In this document: positions 61,029 to 64,000 of the stretch, in pieces
Layout of the letters: each line of letters opens with the position of its first letter
Numbering within the stretch: position 1 is the first letter of the stretch
Assembly: GCA_902599655.1 (NCBI GenBank)
Contig: CACKGC010000004.1
Location: 1,357 to 65,356, forward strand
Length of the DNA stretch: 64,000 nt
Source of the DNA: an uncultured Fidelibacterota bacterium
GTDB lineage: Bacteria > Fidelibacterota > Marinisomatia > Marinisomatales > Marinisomataceae
Reading direction: 5' to 3'
Made by a program: the position numbers and the translations under genes
The notes under the pieces: model-generated
The model's database searches: none
What the model saw: the letters and a program-made list of their open reading frames with translations, nothing else
What the model was told of the DNA's origin: nothing

Positions 61029-62030
61029 ATGAAAGCTATTATTTGTAAAAAATTTGCTCCGGTTTCAGAGCTGGTTTGGGAAGAGGTTGCTGATCCTGTT
61101 GCGGGACCAGGAGAAATTGTCATCGATGTAAAAGCAGCTGGGCTAAATTATCCAGACAATCTTATTGTTCAGGGTTTATATCAATTTCAACCAGAAAGAC
61201 CCTTTTCTCCCGGACATGAGGGCTCTGGTGTTGTTTCTTCAGTTGGGCCTGATGTTAAAATGCACAGCGTTGGAGACAACGTTGCGTTTTTTAAAGGCTT
61301 CGGTGCTTTTGCAGAAAAAATTGTAGTGTCTGAAAGAATGGCTTTTCCTATCCCTAAAAGTTTTCCTCACAAGATAGCAGCTGGCGTTTTTATGGTTTAT
61401 GGCACAAGCTATCATGGCCTTGTTCAAAGAGCAAAAATTAAGAAGGAAGACGAGGTGTTGGTTTTGGGTGCCGCTGGCGGTGTTGGTTTAGCTGCCGTAG
61501 ACATTGCAAAGTCTTTTGGTGCAAGGGTTGTGGCCGCAGTCTCTACCAAAGAAAAAGCTGAGGTGTGTAAGGGTTACGGAGTGGATGATGTTGTTATATA
61601 CGGCGAAGAAAAACTTGATAAGGAGGGGCAGAAAGCGCTTACAAAAGAATTAAAGTCAAAAAGTGTGCGTGGTGGGTTTTCTATTATTTATGATCCAATA
61701 GGTGATTGTTTTGCTGAGCCGGCGTTAAGGTCTATTAGTTGGGGAGGAACCTATCTTGTGGTTGGCTTTGCTGCGGGAAAGATCCCGCTCTTTCCGACAA
61801 ACCTAATGCTTTTAAAGGGTTGTGCTGTTTCTGGTGTTTTTATTGGAAGGTTTCAACAAGAAGAGCCTCAACAAAATACTCAAAACTTGAAAGAAATTGG
61901 TGAACTCCTTAGCTCTGGTAAGCTAACCCCTTTTATATCAGAAACCATACCCATGTCCGATTCGGTTGAGGCAATTGAACGAATTGCTAAACGCGGAGTT
62001 CTTGGCAAGGTGGTTTTTATTAACGACTAA
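61029..62030 (+). CDS. NADPH:quinone oxidoreductase / zeta-crystallin-like MDR family protein
   Basis: 333 aa. GHEGSGVV and Rossmann LGAAGGVGLAAVDIAK. GGAGGG SD sits directly after the purH stop. Confidence 0.85.
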   Translation: MKAIICKKFAPVSELVWEEVADPVAGPGEIVIDVKAAGLNYPDNLIVQGLYQFQPERPFSPGHEGSGVVSSVGPDVKMHSVGDNVAFFKGFGAFAEKIVVSERMAFPIPKSFPHKIAAGVFMVYGTSYHGLVQRAKIKKEDEVLVLGAAGGVGLAAVDIAKSFGARVVAAVSTKEKAEVCKGYGVDDVVIYGEEKLDKEGQKALTKELKSKSVRGGFSIIYDPIGDCFAEPALRSISWGGTYLVVGFAAGKIPLFPTNLMLLKGCAVSGVFIGRFQQEEPQQNTQNLKEIGELLSSGKLTPFISETIPMSDSVEAIERIAKRGVLGKVVFIND

Positions 62031-62362
62031 CCAAAATAAAGCAGTGCTAGGCAAAGCGACATTAGTGTCACGGACGGTATAGCTTTTCTAAAACTGCTCT
62101 TTACTCTGACATGTGTAAGTATTGCAAGCGCCATTAATACTATAATACCTTTTAACCCTAGGTTGTTCAGTTCTGGGTTTGTGCTTAACAGCATTACAGC
62201 ACAAGAAAGCTTGGTGATGCCAGTAAGATCTCTTAGCCAGTCTGGGTAGTTGTAGTCTTTTCTAAACTCTGTAATAATGTTGTCATATCTTACAACCCAC
62301 ACAAAAAAAAGGGTTGTTGAAATAACAATTTTAAGCACTGTTGTCAATAGTTCTATGTTCAT
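62027..62362 (-). CDS. Small integral membrane protein, DoxX-like (tentative)
   Basis: 111 aa with 3-4 TM helices. Its stop codon overlaps the stop of the convergent oxidoreductase gene. Confidence 0.45.
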   Translation of the reverse strand: MNIELLTTVLKIVISTTLFFVWVVRYDNIITEFRKDYNYPDWLRDLTGITKLSCAVMLLSTNPELNNLGLKGIIVLMALAILTHVRVKSSFRKAIPSVTLMSLCLALLYFG

Positions 62363-62377
62363 TATATCTCTCTTTTT

Positions 62378-62995
62378 TTAATAGTCTTCAGGTAATAATT
62401 TTTTTATCTCTTTCATTGTTAGTGCGGTTATGTCGTCAATATTATCTCCGCTCTTTGTAAATATAGGGCTTCCAAAAACAACCTTCACGCTTTCTCTTTT
62501 CAAGGATGCTATTTTTTCTAAAATTCCTTTAGTTCCTATTACGGCAGTTGGGATGATTGGTATCTCATTTTTAATTGCAAAATAGGCTACACCTCTTTTT
62601 CCCTCTTTAAGACCCTCCCCCTTCACGGTTCCTTCTGGAAAAATGCAGATTCTCTCGTTTTTTTGTATCTGCTTTTGGATATTTTTAATTGTAGAAATTT
62701 GAAGGTTTGATCTATTTACTAGCGTAACACCATATGACCACGGCCCCCATGCTTTATACCAAGGAAGTTCTATTTGGTCTTCAGCCATCAGATATGTAAT
62801 AGGCTTAACAACTGCTGCTGTTATTGGTGCGGGGTCAACGTCGTCAATGTGGTTTGGTGCAAGTATATATGGCCCTGAGGGTGGTAAATTTTTTTTACCC
62901 TCAACGGAAAATTTTGTGAGAACGCTGCACAGCAAAAGCGAAAACACCCCAATAACATACCTTATCAGCCAGCTTCTTGGGTGCGGTTCTTTCAT
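62378..62995 (-). CDS. plsC: 1-acyl-sn-glycerol-3-phosphate acyltransferase
   Basis: 205 aa. Acyltransferase HX4D motif (APNHIDDVD) and FPEGT (IFPEGTVKG). Confidence 0.85.
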   Translation of the reverse strand: MKEPHPRSWLIRYVIGVFSLLLCSVLTKFSVEGKKNLPPSGPYILAPNHIDDVDPAPITAAVVKPITYLMAEDQIELPWYKAWGPWSYGVTLVNRSNLQISTIKNIQKQIQKNERICIFPEGTVKGEGLKEGKRGVAYFAIKNEIPIIPTAVIGTKGILEKIASLKRESVKVVFGSPIFTKSGDNIDDITALTMKEIKKLLPEDY

Positions 62996-62998
62996 TTT

Positions 62999-63442
62999 TT
63001 AAAAAGGCAGGTCGTCGTCTTCTACTGTTTGATCTAGGTTCTCTTTTTTTACGGGCTCCTGGTTCATTCCGGACGAGGAATCAAGACTGTTTTCTCCTCC
63101 GCCCAAAATTTGGACACCGCCATAATTGTTAGCAACAACGCCTGTTGAATATCTTTCGTTTCCTTCTTTGTCTTGCCACTTGTCTGTCTTCAAAGATCCC
63201 TCTATATAAACCAAGGTTCCTTTTTTTACATATGGTTGAACATATTTTTCTGCGGTTGAGCCAAACACGGTTACCTTTGTCCACTCTGTTCTTTCTTGCG
63301 TTTCGCCGTCTTTGCTTTTCCACGACTCGTTTGTGGCAACGCTAAAACTGGCTACAGCCGCACCGTCTCCGGTAAACCTTATTTCAGGATCTTGTCCAAG
63401 CCTGCCTATTAGTGTTACTTTGTTTACTGTTCCCTTTGCCAT
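62999..63442 (-). CDS. ssb: Single-stranded DNA-binding protein
   Basis: 147 aa. OB fold (VNKVTLIGRLGQDPEIRF), a Gly-rich linker and an acidic tip DDDLPF. Confidence 0.95.
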   Translation of the reverse strand: MAKGTVNKVTLIGRLGQDPEIRFTGDGAAVASFSVATNESWKSKDGETQERTEWTKVTVFGSTAEKYVQPYVKKGTLVYIEGSLKTDKWQDKEGNERYSTGVVANNYGGVQILGGGENSLDSSSGMNQEPVKKENLDQTVEDDDLPF

Positions 63443-63452
63443 TTTTTTTCCT

Positions 63453-64000
63453 TTAACTAAGATTTAGTTCGTTATAAATAATATCTACTCTTCTTTTAAA
63501 TTTATCGTCATTTTTTAATAGTTCTGAGACCTTTTTATGTGCGTGCATAATTGTTGTGTGGTCTCTTCCCCCTAGGTGTACCCCTATTTCGCTCAAAGGC
63601 ATGTCTAAAACCTCTCTCGCCAAATATGCTGCAACCTGTCTTGCCTCTGCAATGTTTTTTCTTCTAGACTGGCCCACCATTTCTTCTTGGGAAACAGAAA
63701 AAATGCTACAAACTCCGCTGACAACATCCTGCATATTAACCTGTCCGTACCCCTGGTCTCCGAGCCTTTCCCTTATTATAGACTCTACAAGCGCTTCATT
63801 AATTTTGTCTCCAGAAAGGGTGGCGTGTGCAAATATTTTTGTTACACAGCTTTCTAGGTCTCTTATATTTGTCCTAACGTGTGATGCTATCTTTTCTAGG
63901 TGGCTTCCTTCAATTTTCATATTATTTTGTTTGGCTTTTGTTGAGAGTATGGCAACCCTTGTTTCAAAGTCTGGTGGTTGAATATCTGCATGAAGCCCAG
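63453..64000 (-). CDS. dnaA: Chromosomal replication initiator DnaA, C-terminal part (domain III end plus domain IV); the gene continues past the right edge
   Basis: The frame stays open to position 64000 (GLHADIQPPDFETRVAILSTKAKQNNMKIEG...). Domain IV DNA-binding motif LGGRDHTTIMHAHKKV. Confidence 0.9.
   Translation of the reverse strand, partial: GLHADIQPPDFETRVAILSTKAKQNNMKIEGSHLEKIASHVRTNIRDLESCVTKIFAHATLSGDKINEALVESIIRERLGDQGYGQVNMQDVVSGVCSIFSVSQEEMVGQSRRKNIAEARQVAAYLAREVLDMPLSEIGVHLGGRDHTTIMHAHKKVSELLKNDDKFKRRVDIIYNELNLS

Overview
This is an AT-rich, very gene-dense bacterial chromosome segment. It holds about 55 protein genes, one tmRNA and one tRNA, and many neighbouring genes overlap by 1-28 nt at start/stop.

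Content is overwhelmingly housekeeping:
- Left edge: rsfS (partial), argS, gcvP, and a long minus-strand run of carB, carA, an ABC-2 exporter, ligA, pepP, dnaE, prmC, prfA, rpmE, an aminotransferase, rho, folC and an amidase.
- Middle: eno, ftsB, recO, proS, mgtE.
- 47.2-61.0 kb: a translationally coupled purine super-operon (purA-L-M-Q/S-C-E-B-F-D-N-psiE-like-H).
- Right edge: a quinone oxidoreductase, plsC, ssb, and the 3' part of dnaA running off the edge.

I saw no CRISPR array, IS or transposase, integrase, phage genes or recognisable defence genes.

The parts that are not routine:
1. A tightly linked operon at 38.2-45.7 kb encoding a TonB-dependent receptor, a 1087-aa protein with a T9SS C-terminal sorting domain, and a PorV/FadL-like barrel. 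Its composition differs from its surroundings.
2. Two tandem paralogous small GxxxG membrane proteins at 29.9-30.4 kb, bracketed by strong hairpins and preceded by a leader with a terminator-like structure.
3. Unusual purine-pathway architecture: a class II PurE with no purK, a PurQ-PurS-PurS fusion, and an embedded PsiE-like membrane protein.
4. An orphan minus-strand terminator just upstream of ssrA.
5. An apparent rise in GC content between the left (~30%) and right (~40%) parts of the window.

T9SS signals combined with Shine-Dalgarno usage and streamlining suggest a marine FCB-group-like lineage such as Marinimicrobia. That is only a guess. All calls come from reading the sequence and the ORF translations; no searches were run.
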